Counted from the stretch's first letter, positions 1-8,981 are shown. The stretch: DNA of 64,000 bases from Alphaproteobacteria bacterium (GCA_016288295.1 JAEEYV010000027.1:7797-71796), one strand, 5' to 3'. Translations and numbers: made by a program. Notes: generated by a model from the letters alone, not told the origin.

Positions 1-2
1 TG

Positions 3-137
3 GTCAAACATCAAACATCTCAAGGATTAGAAAAGGGAGCTCGCGGACTAGGTAAATTTGTTAGAAAAACTGGTAGTAAAATGGTCGCAGGTATTAAGCG
101 TTTTAGAGGATCTGGTAGTGGTGGAAGTTCTGCTTAA
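3..137 (+). CDS. 3' end of an ORF that starts upstream of the window; product unknown (Gly/Ser-rich tail ...RFRGSGSGGSSA*)
   Basis: Frame 3 is open from the window edge to TAA at 135-137. The SD (ggggg, 166-170) and ATG (179) of the next same-strand gene follow closely. Confidence 0.3.
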   Translation, partial: VKHQTSQGLEKGARGLGKFVRKTGSKMVAGIKRFRGSGSGGSSA

Positions 138-178
138 ACTGAATTGGCATCAGATAACATTATCTGGGGGAAGTAGTA

Positions 179-3169
179 ATGACTAGAAAAAAGATAGGCA
201 TAAACAAATTGATTAAAGCAATCGTAAATATGGCGATATTGTTAGGATTTGTTTTGTGTGCTAATGATGCAATTGCTGCTTATGATTCACCTAACCTGTT
301 TATTCAAGGCAAAATGTCAGAATGTGCAAAACAAAAAAGAGGCGGAGCAACTTGTTTAAAAGAATTGAATAAGAAATCTTGCATTAACACCACACCTTTT
401 ACTCCCATGGGGGGGGTAACGTCAGAAATGTGTGCTCGTGGCAAGATTTGGTGTAGTCAAAATGATCCTCATCGCAAACACAAACGTTGCCAAAATGTGG
501 ATAGGGGCTACGTTGGAAATCACGAAGGCTATGACTATCATGCTGCTTGTGGAACTACTATACAAGCTCCTTGCGACGGAAAGATTACCAAATCACAAAA
601 AGAAGGATTGAGGTATGAGTGTACGGTATGCGGAAAAAATATTGAATATGTTTTTCATCATAATCAGTCTGCTAAAGAAAACGGAATTTATAAAAAAGGA
701 CAGAAAATCGGTGAAGCCGGTAATTTATATGGTTATCCATGTCATATGCATATTGAAATTCGATCAGGTGGCGTTTTGCTTGATCCGATGAATTCCGGTT
801 TTGATAATTATGTATGCAGTTGTGCACCACAAGAGCAACGAGTTAACAGAATGAGTTGTTTTGGTGTAGGATCAGCTAGTGACCTAACTGCCGCCGGAGA
901 ACCTCCGCTTAATCCTACAGATCCTAATAATCCCAACGAAAAAACCGTTGAACTCATGAATAATCATACAAGTTCTGGCTGTAATTATTTTGAAGTTATG
1001 TATAACTATCAACAGTTTGGATGCATATTCTGTACACCATTCAGAATCTTATTCAACACTATAAGTGTAATGGCAAAGAAAACTTATGATGTTCTGGCTC
1101 CTGCCGTTATAGGAGTGGTGCTAATCGGATTTGCAATCTGGTTAGCAATTGTTGTTATGCGCTTTGTATCACATTTTGAAACCAGGGAGCCTCGTATTTT
1201 TGTGAAGGCTATGCTCAATCAGGCCTTCAGGGTTTTGGTTGTGGTTTTGTTACTACAAGGACCTGTTGAACAACTTATGTCAATGACTCTTGACCCTATA
1301 TTTGCAACCGGATTAAAATTAGCACAAACAATCGGCGGTGAGCCTATGTCCGCATCAGGATGCGGACTTGTGGACGGTTCAACAACCTCTGCCCCCAGTA
1401 CAGCTGGCGGTGAAAATGGAGGGGAAGCGACGACATCGGGAGCTGTTCAAAGTGTAATCAACAATCCAGAAGAAGCTGGACTGTCTCCAGAAATGGGAAA
1501 TGGTATAATCTGCACAATTAAAAACACGCAAGACCAAATCATTGATATTTTGGCACTGGCTAGAGTTATGCATTGTTTGGCATGGGATAATACAACTCTG
1601 ATATTTATACCTAATTTTGCATATTTACTAACAGCATTTTTATTCTTTATTGCCGCATTTATATTAATGCTTGCATACCCATTTTTACTGGTTGACAGTA
1701 TGCTTAAGATGGCTGTTGCCATTGCTTTATTACCTGTGGCCTTGGCCGCATATGCATTCAAAATAACTTCAAAGTATTTAGCCAAGGTATTCGGTACATT
1801 TATTGATGCTATAATGACATTTATATTCTTGTCATTGGTAATTATGATTGTTACTACAATTGCAAAAGAATATGTGGGCGATATGAGACAAGCACATAAC
1901 TTTGAAGAGTTAGATGAAATAGCAAAGATTGTATGGTTTACAATTGGGGCTATTAAAATTATCTTTGTACTGTTCTTGGGATGGGCTGTATTGGATGATA
2001 TCAAGTCATTTGCAAAGAAATTTGCCGGAAGTATCGGCGGTGGTGGAGGAATCGGCGGAAGAATGAATATAGGATCTGCTGTAGGTCTTACTGCCAATAC
2101 CCTCTTAAAGAATTATGCGGTTAATCCGGCAATAAATGTCACTAAAAAAGGTGCAAAATCCGGAGCTGCATTGCTAAAAGAAAATATAAATCACGGATAT
2201 CGCAAAGTGAAGAGTTTAAGTTTCTCGTCATTGGCAAAACCAGCTACAAATGACGATGGAACTAACATGCTTGATGAAGACGGAAACCAGATGTATAAGA
2301 CCGGCGGTTCAAGTATCGGTCGGGCTTGGAATGCAGCTTTAGGTAAAATGAAGAGAGATGATCCTTCATCGTGGATCGGAGAGAAGTTTAATAAAGCCTT
2401 GAAAAAAGTAGAAGTTAATACGCATTCTCATTACAGAAGCTATGGAACCGATACAAGCGGAAATGTTATTGAAACAAAGACACAAATTAATGCTGACGGA
2501 TCAAAGACGATTGTTCAGAAGGATGATTTTGGAAGTATTTCTACAACTTATGATGAAAATGGAAATATTATAAAACAATCATCATCTCGCAATAAAATAT
2601 TGAAAAGAATCGTTAATAAGAGGGGAGAAGTTGATAATGCGACAATTGCGGCATTTGTTCAAAGTTCGCTGATGTCTCATACTAACCAACAATTGATGAT
2701 TATGGATGCGTTGATTAAATCTCGTATGCAAAACTATGTCGGTGGAACGCTGGATGACAGATTTTTATCAAGAAACATCTCCAGCAGTGTTGATGGTAAC
2801 GGAAATAGGACTATTACGATTACCCAGAAGAATGAAAATGGCACTGTTACGACGTTTTCAGCCCAATTTGTCAGAAATCGTGTTATGACCAAAGTATCGA
2901 CTATGGATAAAAACGGGAAAGGTGTTTCTTATGAAACAGACGGAATTATTCAGCGTAAATCCGTTATTGACGGAGATAAAGAAACCCGTCAATATTCCGT
3001 AGCAAATACTTATTCGAAGAGGTCTAATCATCCGGTATATATAAGCGGTGACGTATCAGCGAATATTCCGAAGCAAGATATTTTGTTCAGTCAAGACGAC
3101 ATGAAAGAGTTTGGACAGCAAGTTCAAAATGTCGGAAATAAGGCTTATACGTTCTCAGAATTTAAATAA
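179..3169 (+). CDS. Fusion protein: secreted M23/LytM-type metallopeptidase domain, polytopic VirB6/TrbL-like membrane domain, and hydrophilic C-terminal tail with YD-like repeats
   Basis: N-terminal signal-like segment. M23 zinc motifs HxxxD (HEGYD) and HxH (GYPCHMHIEIR) at aa ~115-195. aa ~290-640 has at least 6 long hydrophobic helices followed by a Gly run (GGGGGIGG), as in TrbL/VirB6. aa ~700-990 contains D-x-(D/N)-G-N motifs (TTYDENGNII, LDEDGNQMY, VDGNGNRTI). Confidence 0.6.
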   Translation: MTRKKIGINKLIKAIVNMAILLGFVLCANDAIAAYDSPNLFIQGKMSECAKQKRGGATCLKELNKKSCINTTPFTPMGGVTSEMCARGKIWCSQNDPHRKHKRCQNVDRGYVGNHEGYDYHAACGTTIQAPCDGKITKSQKEGLRYECTVCGKNIEYVFHHNQSAKENGIYKKGQKIGEAGNLYGYPCHMHIEIRSGGVLLDPMNSGFDNYVCSCAPQEQRVNRMSCFGVGSASDLTAAGEPPLNPTDPNNPNEKTVELMNNHTSSGCNYFEVMYNYQQFGCIFCTPFRILFNTISVMAKKTYDVLAPAVIGVVLIGFAIWLAIVVMRFVSHFETREPRIFVKAMLNQAFRVLVVVLLLQGPVEQLMSMTLDPIFATGLKLAQTIGGEPMSASGCGLVDGSTTSAPSTAGGENGGEATTSGAVQSVINNPEEAGLSPEMGNGIICTIKNTQDQIIDILALARVMHCLAWDNTTLIFIPNFAYLLTAFLFFIAAFILMLAYPFLLVDSMLKMAVAIALLPVALAAYAFKITSKYLAKVFGTFIDAIMTFIFLSLVIMIVTTIAKEYVGDMRQAHNFEELDEIAKIVWFTIGAIKIIFVLFLGWAVLDDIKSFAKKFAGSIGGGGGIGGRMNIGSAVGLTANTLLKNYAVNPAINVTKKGAKSGAALLKENINHGYRKVKSLSFSSLAKPATNDDGTNMLDEDGNQMYKTGGSSIGRAWNAALGKMKRDDPSSWIGEKFNKALKKVEVNTHSHYRSYGTDTSGNVIETKTQINADGSKTIVQKDDFGSISTTYDENGNIIKQSSSRNKILKRIVNKRGEVDNATIAAFVQSSLMSHTNQQLMIMDALIKSRMQNYVGGTLDDRFLSRNISSSVDGNGNRTITITQKNENGTVTTFSAQFVRNRVMTKVSTMDKNGKGVSYETDGIIQRKSVIDGDKETRQYSVANTYSKRSNHPVYISGDVSANIPKQDILFSQDDMKEFGQQVQNVGNKAYTFSEFK

Positions 3170-3194
3170 GTAACAGGCTCAAAGTGGCGTAAAA

Positions 3195-3227
3195 ACGGCA
3201 GAAACTCAAAACTTCTGTCGTTTTTTT
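3195..3227 (+). terminator. Rho-independent terminator after the M23/VirB6-like gene
   Basis: Stem acggcagaa (3195-3203) pairs with ttctgtcgt (3213-3221, one G-U pair), followed by a T7 run. Confidence 0.7.
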
Positions 3228-3286
3228 GCACAATATTGTCAGCTTTTGTGCAAAATTCTTGATTAATAATAAACTTTGATTATTAT
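3227..3286 (+). promoter_or_regulatory. Candidate operator plus sigma70-like promoter upstream of the XRE/S24-like regulator
   Basis: Inverted repeat tgcacaa (3227-3233) / ttgtgca (3246-3252) with a 12-nt spacer. TTGATT (3259-3264), 16-nt spacer, TATTAT (3281-3286). Confidence 0.4.
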
Positions 3287-3324
3287 GGTGGGTAGTGATT
3301 AAAAACATTTTTAGAGGGGGCATT

Positions 3325-4296
3325 ATGGAAGAAATTATTTTCCCAAATCAAATCAGAATGTATAGAAGATTGCGTGGTCGTTCAATGCAGGAACTTGCTG
3401 ATCATTTGGGAGTCAGCCTGTCTGCTATTTCAAAAATAGAAAAAGGCTATCGTCGTATTGACCAAGAACAATTGGTACGTGTATCGGAATTGTTGGATTG
3501 CCCGATGCAGGATTTATTTGTAAACGAACAGAACTCTCAAGAAGAAGTTGTTTTGTCTTGGAGACGTGAACAAGAAAGACGTAACAGAATAAACGAAAGA
3601 GCTGGTCTTAAAACTTTGGGTGCTGGATTGCGTCAAATCCGTAATGAAAAGAATCTGACATTGATTGAGGTTGCGGAAAGTTCGGATATGACTTTGTCAG
3701 TTTATCACCGTATTGAAATGGGCCAACGTGAAGTTTCCGATAAGGAAATGAAGAATATTGCGAAGGCCTTATCTATGACCGTAGATGAATTAAAGTCTAC
3801 AATTAAGCAACTTGATGAAAAAGGTGCTCTGGAAGAGATTATCCAAAGAAACGACTCTAAGTATAAATTGCTTTCAAATCCTCGCGGTGCAATTGCTGCT
3901 TTTGATAATGCATCTCGTGAGAGCCAAAAACTTTCTGTATATGGTGTAGCAGGAAAAGATGGAAATGTATTAGTTGATTTTGAAAACGAATCTAAGACGG
4001 TTTCACGCCCAAGTTCTTTGATTGGTAAAAAAGATGCTTATGCTTTGAACTTATGTTCTCGTCGCTTGGGTTCGTTGTTGCCTTCTCGCTCTATTTTAGT
4101 AATTAATCCGCAAGAAGTTGCAAGTGTTGGCGATATTGCCGCTTATTATGTTAAGCCGAATGAAGTAAAAATTATCAGTATTCGCGAAGATGACAATGGA
4201 AAACTTTATGGAATCAGATGGAATCCTGATGAAAAAATCGAATTCAGCAATAACGATTTGAGTAATTTGCATAAAGTGGTGGCTATTTATCTGTAA
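3325..4296 (+). CDS. Transcriptional regulator with two XRE-type HTH domains and a C-terminal LexA/CI (S24)-like domain
   Basis: Start moved to ATG 3325 (SD agaggggg at 3313-3320). The track start at 3295 is GTG. HTH 1: IRMYRRLRGRSMQELADHLGVSLSAISKIEKG. HTH 2: LRQIRNEKNLTLIEVAESSDMTLSVYHRIEMG. The C-terminal beta-rich segment aligns by eye to the S24 fold (LCSRRLGSLLPSRSILVINP ... NEVKIISI). Confidence 0.6.
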   Translation: MEEIIFPNQIRMYRRLRGRSMQELADHLGVSLSAISKIEKGYRRIDQEQLVRVSELLDCPMQDLFVNEQNSQEEVVLSWRREQERRNRINERAGLKTLGAGLRQIRNEKNLTLIEVAESSDMTLSVYHRIEMGQREVSDKEMKNIAKALSMTVDELKSTIKQLDEKGALEEIIQRNDSKYKLLSNPRGAIAAFDNASRESQKLSVYGVAGKDGNVLVDFENESKTVSRPSSLIGKKDAYALNLCSRRLGSLLPSRSILVINPQEVASVGDIAAYYVKPNEVKIISIREDDNGKLYGIRWNPDEKIEFSNNDLSNLHKVVAIYL

Positions 4297-4347
4297 TTTT
4301 ACTCTATACTGATTATATTTAGTGCAGATAAAATAAGGATAAAAACA

Positions 4348-6399
4348 TTGGCGGAAGATATCATAACTACTGCTACTTTCGGGCAGTCAACAAACAGCGA
4401 TAAAGAAGAAGAACCTATCATTATCGCGCAACGTTTTTTGAACATCTTCCGTCAATTACACATCTTCAGCAAAGAAAAGAAAGAAGAGTTTAATAACCAG
4501 CTTCTGAAGCAACCTAAAGCTATACGCAAGTGTTTAAAAACTTTGCCCGGCGGTTCTGTTTTGTTGGAATATATGGATGATCTAGAACGTGGAGATGAAG
4601 TTGACGATACAGATGCTTCAGGTGCTGAAGAAACAAGTATAGTTGCAGAAGCTTCTCAAGATATTGAGCAGGCTAAGTCGGCAACAAATGTTACTGTCAG
4701 TGCACCGATTATTGATAGTGATAATTTTGCAAAAGTATTAGCCAATAGTTTGGCTCAATCGAACGCTCAGATTATTAAGGAGTTGCGTAATGTCCCTAAT
4801 TTTAAGGCTCCAAAAGATAAACTTGAAGCCGAGCAACTAAAGCTTGTAGCTGATGAAACTTTTACAAAAACTATCTCAAATGCTTTGGCAGAAGCGATTT
4901 CCGCATCTGAACAGAAGCGGCAGGAAGATAGTAAGCTTATTACTCAGTCTTTTTTAGAACTGCAAGAAAATCTGAATAAGATGATTGAGCAGAATAATCA
5001 GATTAAGATTATATCTAATAGTGATGCTCCGGCAGAGGCTGCTACGGCTTTTCAAATCAAAAATGTAATTGATGATCTGGTAAAGGCTCAATCAAAATTT
5101 TTGAAAGAAACGACACAATCTCAAAAAGAAGAATTGTCTGCCCTTATTTCTCTAGCTATACAAGACAGTATAAAATTATCAACTCAGTCGTTGATTGATA
5201 GCTTCAAACAATTAGATGAAGATGGTCCAACACCGATTACATATGCAGCATCTTCTCCCAAAAAACAGGCTATGTTGGAAAATGTTACTGAGGCTTTAAA
5301 GGTTCAAGGACGTGAATTTTCCTCGATAATAGCATCGACGCTAAAAGAGAGCCAGCAAAATTCTGCCCAAACAATTATTCAGACTATTGAAAAATTGAAA
5401 GGGACGTCGGTACTATCCGGTGATACGAAGCCTCAAGTGGAAGAAATTATGAAGATGCAAGCTGATTTATTCCGTGAAATAACGCGTTCACAAAATCAGG
5501 AATTTTCAGCAATCATTACTTCTGCTTTAAGAGAAAGCCAACAACAATCTACGAATGCAATAATTACTGCATTATCACAGATGAAAGGTCTTGCAGTACA
5601 GATGCCCGAAGCTCGACCTTCGGTTGAAACAAAAGCGGTGCCTGAACAAATTGAGGAAATTAGCATTGATGACGCTAGTTCTCTTAAACCGGAGATAGGG
5701 ATTTCACCTGAAAAAGATTACACCGTTAAAGATAGTGATGTTGATACTGTTGCAACCGATGTTGAAACGCTTGTTGCTAAGAAGAAAAAGAAGAAGAAAA
5801 AGAAAAAGAATCGTGAAGAGCAATTAGTGATTCCTCCTATTGAAAAAGATAGCCAAACACCAATCCTTGATAAACCACTGCAAAAGAAAAAGACTATAAT
5901 TTCGGCTTTGCCGGAAATGCCTGTAGTAGAAGATAAGCCTGTTGACAATGCAGCTGATTGGGGGTTTGGTAGCGTAAACGAATCACCTGCTCCAGCTAAA
6001 ATTATAGAGCCTGAAAGCAACGTATCTTCAAAAGAGCAGGAATATGCTTCTGAAGGTGACGGTTGGACATGGGAATATCAGCCCGAAGAACCTGTTGCAG
6101 AAGAGGTTGCCGGTAAAGAAGGACAAGATTGGGAATGGGAATATGAAGAAATTCCTGAAGAACAACCTAATAATGAGCTGTCTGGGACCGAAGGACAAGA
6201 TTGGGAATGGGAATATGAAGAAATTCCTGAAGATGAACAGACAGTAATAGATGAGAATCCACAGGAAGTCACACCACAAGAACAAATTGTTCAATCTTCT
6301 GAAATTATTGCATCAAAAGACTTTGAGCTTATATTGGTGGGTGCGGATAACGACGAGGAAGAAGATCCGTATTTTTATACCGTTAATAGTGTGGGATAA
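4348..6399 (+). CDS. Highly acidic repeat protein with a poly-Lys tract and tandem Trp-acidic motifs; function unknown (candidate secreted substrate)
   Basis: TTG start, 683 aa, no signal peptide or TM segment. Three ~55-aa helical repeats (…EFS(S/A)II(A/T)S(T/A)L(K/R)ESQQ…). K10 run at nt 5779-5808. EGQDWEWEYEEIPE occurs twice, plus a degenerate GDGWTWEYQPEEP. Confidence 0.55.
   Translation: MAEDIITTATFGQSTNSDKEEEPIIIAQRFLNIFRQLHIFSKEKKEEFNNQLLKQPKAIRKCLKTLPGGSVLLEYMDDLERGDEVDDTDASGAEETSIVAEASQDIEQAKSATNVTVSAPIIDSDNFAKVLANSLAQSNAQIIKELRNVPNFKAPKDKLEAEQLKLVADETFTKTISNALAEAISASEQKRQEDSKLITQSFLELQENLNKMIEQNNQIKIISNSDAPAEAATAFQIKNVIDDLVKAQSKFLKETTQSQKEELSALISLAIQDSIKLSTQSLIDSFKQLDEDGPTPITYAASSPKKQAMLENVTEALKVQGREFSSIIASTLKESQQNSAQTIIQTIEKLKGTSVLSGDTKPQVEEIMKMQADLFREITRSQNQEFSAIITSALRESQQQSTNAIITALSQMKGLAVQMPEARPSVETKAVPEQIEEISIDDASSLKPEIGISPEKDYTVKDSDVDTVATDVETLVAKKKKKKKKKKNREEQLVIPPIEKDSQTPILDKPLQKKKTIISALPEMPVVEDKPVDNAADWGFGSVNESPAPAKIIEPESNVSSKEQEYASEGDGWTWEYQPEEPVAEEVAGKEGQDWEWEYEEIPEEQPNNELSGTEGQDWEWEYEEIPEDEQTVIDENPQEVTPQEQIVQSSEIIASKDFELILVGADNDEEEDPYFYTVNSVG
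6118..6233 (+). repeat. In-frame 72-bp-period direct repeat (44 bp perfect) encoding EGQDWEWEYEEIPE
   Basis: gaaggacaagattgggaatgggaatatgaagaaattcctgaaga occurs at 6118-6161 and again at 6190-6233. Confidence 0.9.
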
Positions 6400-6463
6400 G
6401 ATATCAATACAATTTACAATCGTTGTCTCCTAATCTAATATCATAGGTATTAAGGAGTATGAT

Positions 6464-6997
6464 ATGGTGCAAGATTCTCAAGATAACAACAGCAACGGCG
6501 ATGTCTGGTTCGTCGATAATTATATTCTGTTGAAAGATTATTACGATCGTACAATTTCGCGAATTGCAGCACGTTGTGTGCGCAAGGGTAATATGGCTTT
6601 AGAAGATTATCCGTTCTATGGTTATATTTTGGACGTGCTAGAAGAAATTAGCGAGACCGGAGATTATATAATTCGTCACAAAGACTTATATCCGTATGTG
6701 GAGAAAAAAGTTGCCGGAGGTATGAACGGATTTAGGCGTACTCTGGACGAGTATAAAGAAGAATTAAGAAAAAATTCTACTCCCGATATGATTAAGAATG
6801 ATGCTCGTGAAGTTGAAAAAATGAAAGAGGCTTTAGCTGTTCCGGATAAAGCCGTAGATCCAACAGTCGGAGCCGGTATGGGCATGGAAGAGTTGATGGA
6901 AAAACTGCTTCAACAGGATAGTGAAGCAAAGGCAAAAGTGGAAGCTGAATTTGCTGAAGCAAAACAAAAAGATAACACAGAGACAGACAATAAATAA
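6464..6997 (+). CDS. Hypothetical acidic cytosolic protein (177 aa)
   Basis: SD aaggag at 6453-6458 upstream of the ATG. No TM segment or signal peptide. Charged helical C-terminus. No family recognised. Confidence 0.5.
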   Translation: MVQDSQDNNSNGDVWFVDNYILLKDYYDRTISRIAARCVRKGNMALEDYPFYGYILDVLEEISETGDYIIRHKDLYPYVEKKVAGGMNGFRRTLDEYKEELRKNSTPDMIKNDAREVEKMKEALAVPDKAVDPTVGAGMGMEELMEKLLQQDSEAKAKVEAEFAEAKQKDNTETDNK

Positions 6998-7013
6998 AAC
7001 AAAGAGCAGGCCA

Positions 7014-8282
7014 ATGTTTAACAAATTGCATTGTAGAAAGATTTTATGGTTATTGATATTCGCACTGGTATTGTCCGGATGCAGATTTCCGAACAAAAAT
7101 TTTCGTTCCAATCAACAAGCATCTAATGTTGAAGTTATTGACCCTGCTCAAAGAGCAAATATTGTTAATGAAGTTGATCCTAATATGATACGTACACCTG
7201 CAGGTGCAAGTGCATTTGATTTGGAATCGCCTCTGCGTTGCCATGTAAACTGGAATTCTCAAGAGATGATTACCACTTTGCCATATGACATGAAGGCTTT
7301 TAATCTTACAAGAAACGGTGTTGACAATCCTCTTCCTCGTTATGAAGTAACCGGTTTTTCATTCAAGAAAATGCCGGCTGAAAAAGCTTTATTAAAATTG
7401 ACCAAAGAGGCTGGTATAAAGTTAGTCGCAAAAGATGCTCCTTATCCTAATATTTCCGCAGAGAATTTACGTGGTGAGTTATCAGAGGTAATTAAGATAA
7501 TTACAGATGCAGCTGAAATATATTATACATACAATGCAGAAACAAAAACATTAACAATCGGAAGAAAAACTGATTTTACTCTATACGTTCCAAAATCTCG
7601 ACCAATTATATTGGCCTTATTGGATGTGATGAGGGGAGCCGGAATTACCGATATTACAGCCGACTGGTCTGATTATTCACTCACATTTAAAGGGGATTAT
7701 GAATTACAAAAGAAAATTCAAAAACTTTTGGATGAGTTTGAAAGTAATCCAAAATTGATTGCATATGATGTTAGTGTATTCAAGGTTATTCCACATACCG
7801 AAAATGAAGATATTGATTGGCAACAAATGTTGCAAGTATTTGATTTCGGATCTGTTAAAACAGCCAAAACCGGGGTTATCGGCAGGATATTGACAACATC
7901 AAACGAAATTAATATCGGTACTCTATACAGCTTTTTGGAGCGACAGGCTTTTGTTATTCAAATGGCTGAAGGAAAATTTGTGGTACCGAATTTGTGGATG
8001 TCACGTTTTGATATCGGAAAATGTTCCGGTGATAGAATGCCAGAAACACAGTTGTCTTTGTTGGCAAAATCTTCACTTATGCCTCAGAACAGGCTGTTTT
8101 CTGACATTACTCTTGAGGGACGTGATGGACAGATTACACAGTTCAGTATTCGTAGCAAATTGGGTGAAAACTTTTTGATTATCGGTATTCCGAATGAAAT
8201 TATTGGAGCACAACCTGATAAATCTCAAACTGTTGTTTTTATTGTCCCAAGAGTGATAAAAACAGCAAAAAAACAAAATTAG
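7014..8282 (+). CDS. Outer-membrane lipoprotein with an N0-like domain and a short, divergent secretin-like C-terminal domain
   Basis: Start moved to ATG 7014, giving MFNKLHCRKILWLLIFALVLSGC (lipobox LSG|C). The middle segment (PAEKALLKLTKEAGIKLVAKD ... TLTIGRK) resembles N0/TcpQ-type domains. The C-terminus (VSVFKVIP...DIDWQQ ... FLIIGIPNE ... TVVFIVPRVIK) follows the secretin pattern by eye. Confidence 0.4.
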   Translation: MFNKLHCRKILWLLIFALVLSGCRFPNKNFRSNQQASNVEVIDPAQRANIVNEVDPNMIRTPAGASAFDLESPLRCHVNWNSQEMITTLPYDMKAFNLTRNGVDNPLPRYEVTGFSFKKMPAEKALLKLTKEAGIKLVAKDAPYPNISAENLRGELSEVIKIITDAAEIYYTYNAETKTLTIGRKTDFTLYVPKSRPIILALLDVMRGAGITDITADWSDYSLTFKGDYELQKKIQKLLDEFESNPKLIAYDVSVFKVIPHTENEDIDWQQMLQVFDFGSVKTAKTGVIGRILTTSNEINIGTLYSFLERQAFVIQMAEGKFVVPNLWMSRFDIGKCSGDRMPETQLSLLAKSSLMPQNRLFSDITLEGRDGQITQFSIRSKLGENFLIIGIPNEIIGAQPDKSQTVVFIVPRVIKTAKKQN

Positions 8283-8302
8283 TATAGATTAAGAGGTAAA
8301 AA

Positions 8303-8947
8303 ATGGACAATACACAGATGAATAAACCACGTTTCAAAAAAGTTAAACGCCCAATCAGGCGTGCGGCTGATAATGGCGAAAACAACATGGCTGTTCCATC
8401 AAAAGCTGTAATGGATAACCCTTTTAATAATCAGAATAACAATGGACCATTTCATGCGGACAATTATCTGGAAAACGACAATCTTCCTGCTATGCAACAA
8501 GATAGTCGTCTTAATCCGTCTTTCTTGTCTGATGAAGATGTGGAAGATGCAAATCCATCAATTAAAGATCGTTTTATGGTCGGAAATTTATATACCGGAA
8601 TGGCAATGCTGGTGGCAATTATTGCTTCTTTAATTCTTGGTATATTTATAGCAAAAACTTTTTTGGATACACCTAAGACTATAATGAACGGGTTACAGGG
8701 TGTAGTGCCTAATCGCGAGGTACCTAACGGAAGGGTAAGATGCGGTAAAGCCGAAAGGAATCAAGGATGTGTTTTGTATATCATGAATCCGCAAAGGCAA
8801 GATATGGATGGTCGAGATTTTAATGATATGGCGGCGCAATTGACCGGACGGCAGAAATTTCAAGTGGAAACTGCAAATTACTCGTATGCAACCGTAAAAA
8901 TACGACCGGGGGAAATAGCACAAATAAATATTCCACCAATGCTATAA
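8303..8947 (+). CDS. Bitopic membrane protein: disordered N-terminus, one TM segment, small C-terminal periplasmic domain; unknown function
   Basis: SD agaggt lies upstream of the ATG. TM segment YTGMAMLVAIIASLILGIFIA. No family recognised. Confidence 0.5.
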   Translation: MDNTQMNKPRFKKVKRPIRRAADNGENNMAVPSKAVMDNPFNNQNNNGPFHADNYLENDNLPAMQQDSRLNPSFLSDEDVEDANPSIKDRFMVGNLYTGMAMLVAIIASLILGIFIAKTFLDTPKTIMNGLQGVVPNREVPNGRVRCGKAERNQGCVLYIMNPQRQDMDGRDFNDMAAQLTGRQKFQVETANYSYATVKIRPGEIAQINIPPML

Positions 8948-8951
8948 ATGA

Positions 8952-8981
8952 TAAAAAAGGCTCCTGATATAGGAGCTTTTT
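8952..8981. terminator. Bidirectional terminator between convergent genes (8303-8947 and virB11)
   Basis: An A-run (8952-8958), stem ggctcct (8959-8965) / aggagct (8971-8977), and a T-run (8977-8981). Confidence 0.65.

Noticed and set aside
1447-2097. 216-aa minus-strand ORF antisense to the VirB6-like domain
   Set aside because: It is nested in the 996-aa plus-strand ORF and has an Ile/Asn/Ala-rich, nonsense-like composition with no start context. It is a shadow ORF.
5779-5811. Homopurine aag/aaa tract (K10) as a slipped-strand phase-variation or ribosome-sliding site
   Set aside because: The tract is interrupted by G every 2-5 nt (longest A-run is 5). It is therefore a poor homopolymeric slippage substrate. 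It is noted only as a protein feature.
6028-6294. Alternative-frame ORFs (6028-6294 minus, 6044-6247 plus, 6078-6272 minus) over the Trp-acidic repeat
   Set aside because: They arise because the 72-bp repeat is open in several frames. They are nested in the 683-aa ORF, which is continuous across the whole region.
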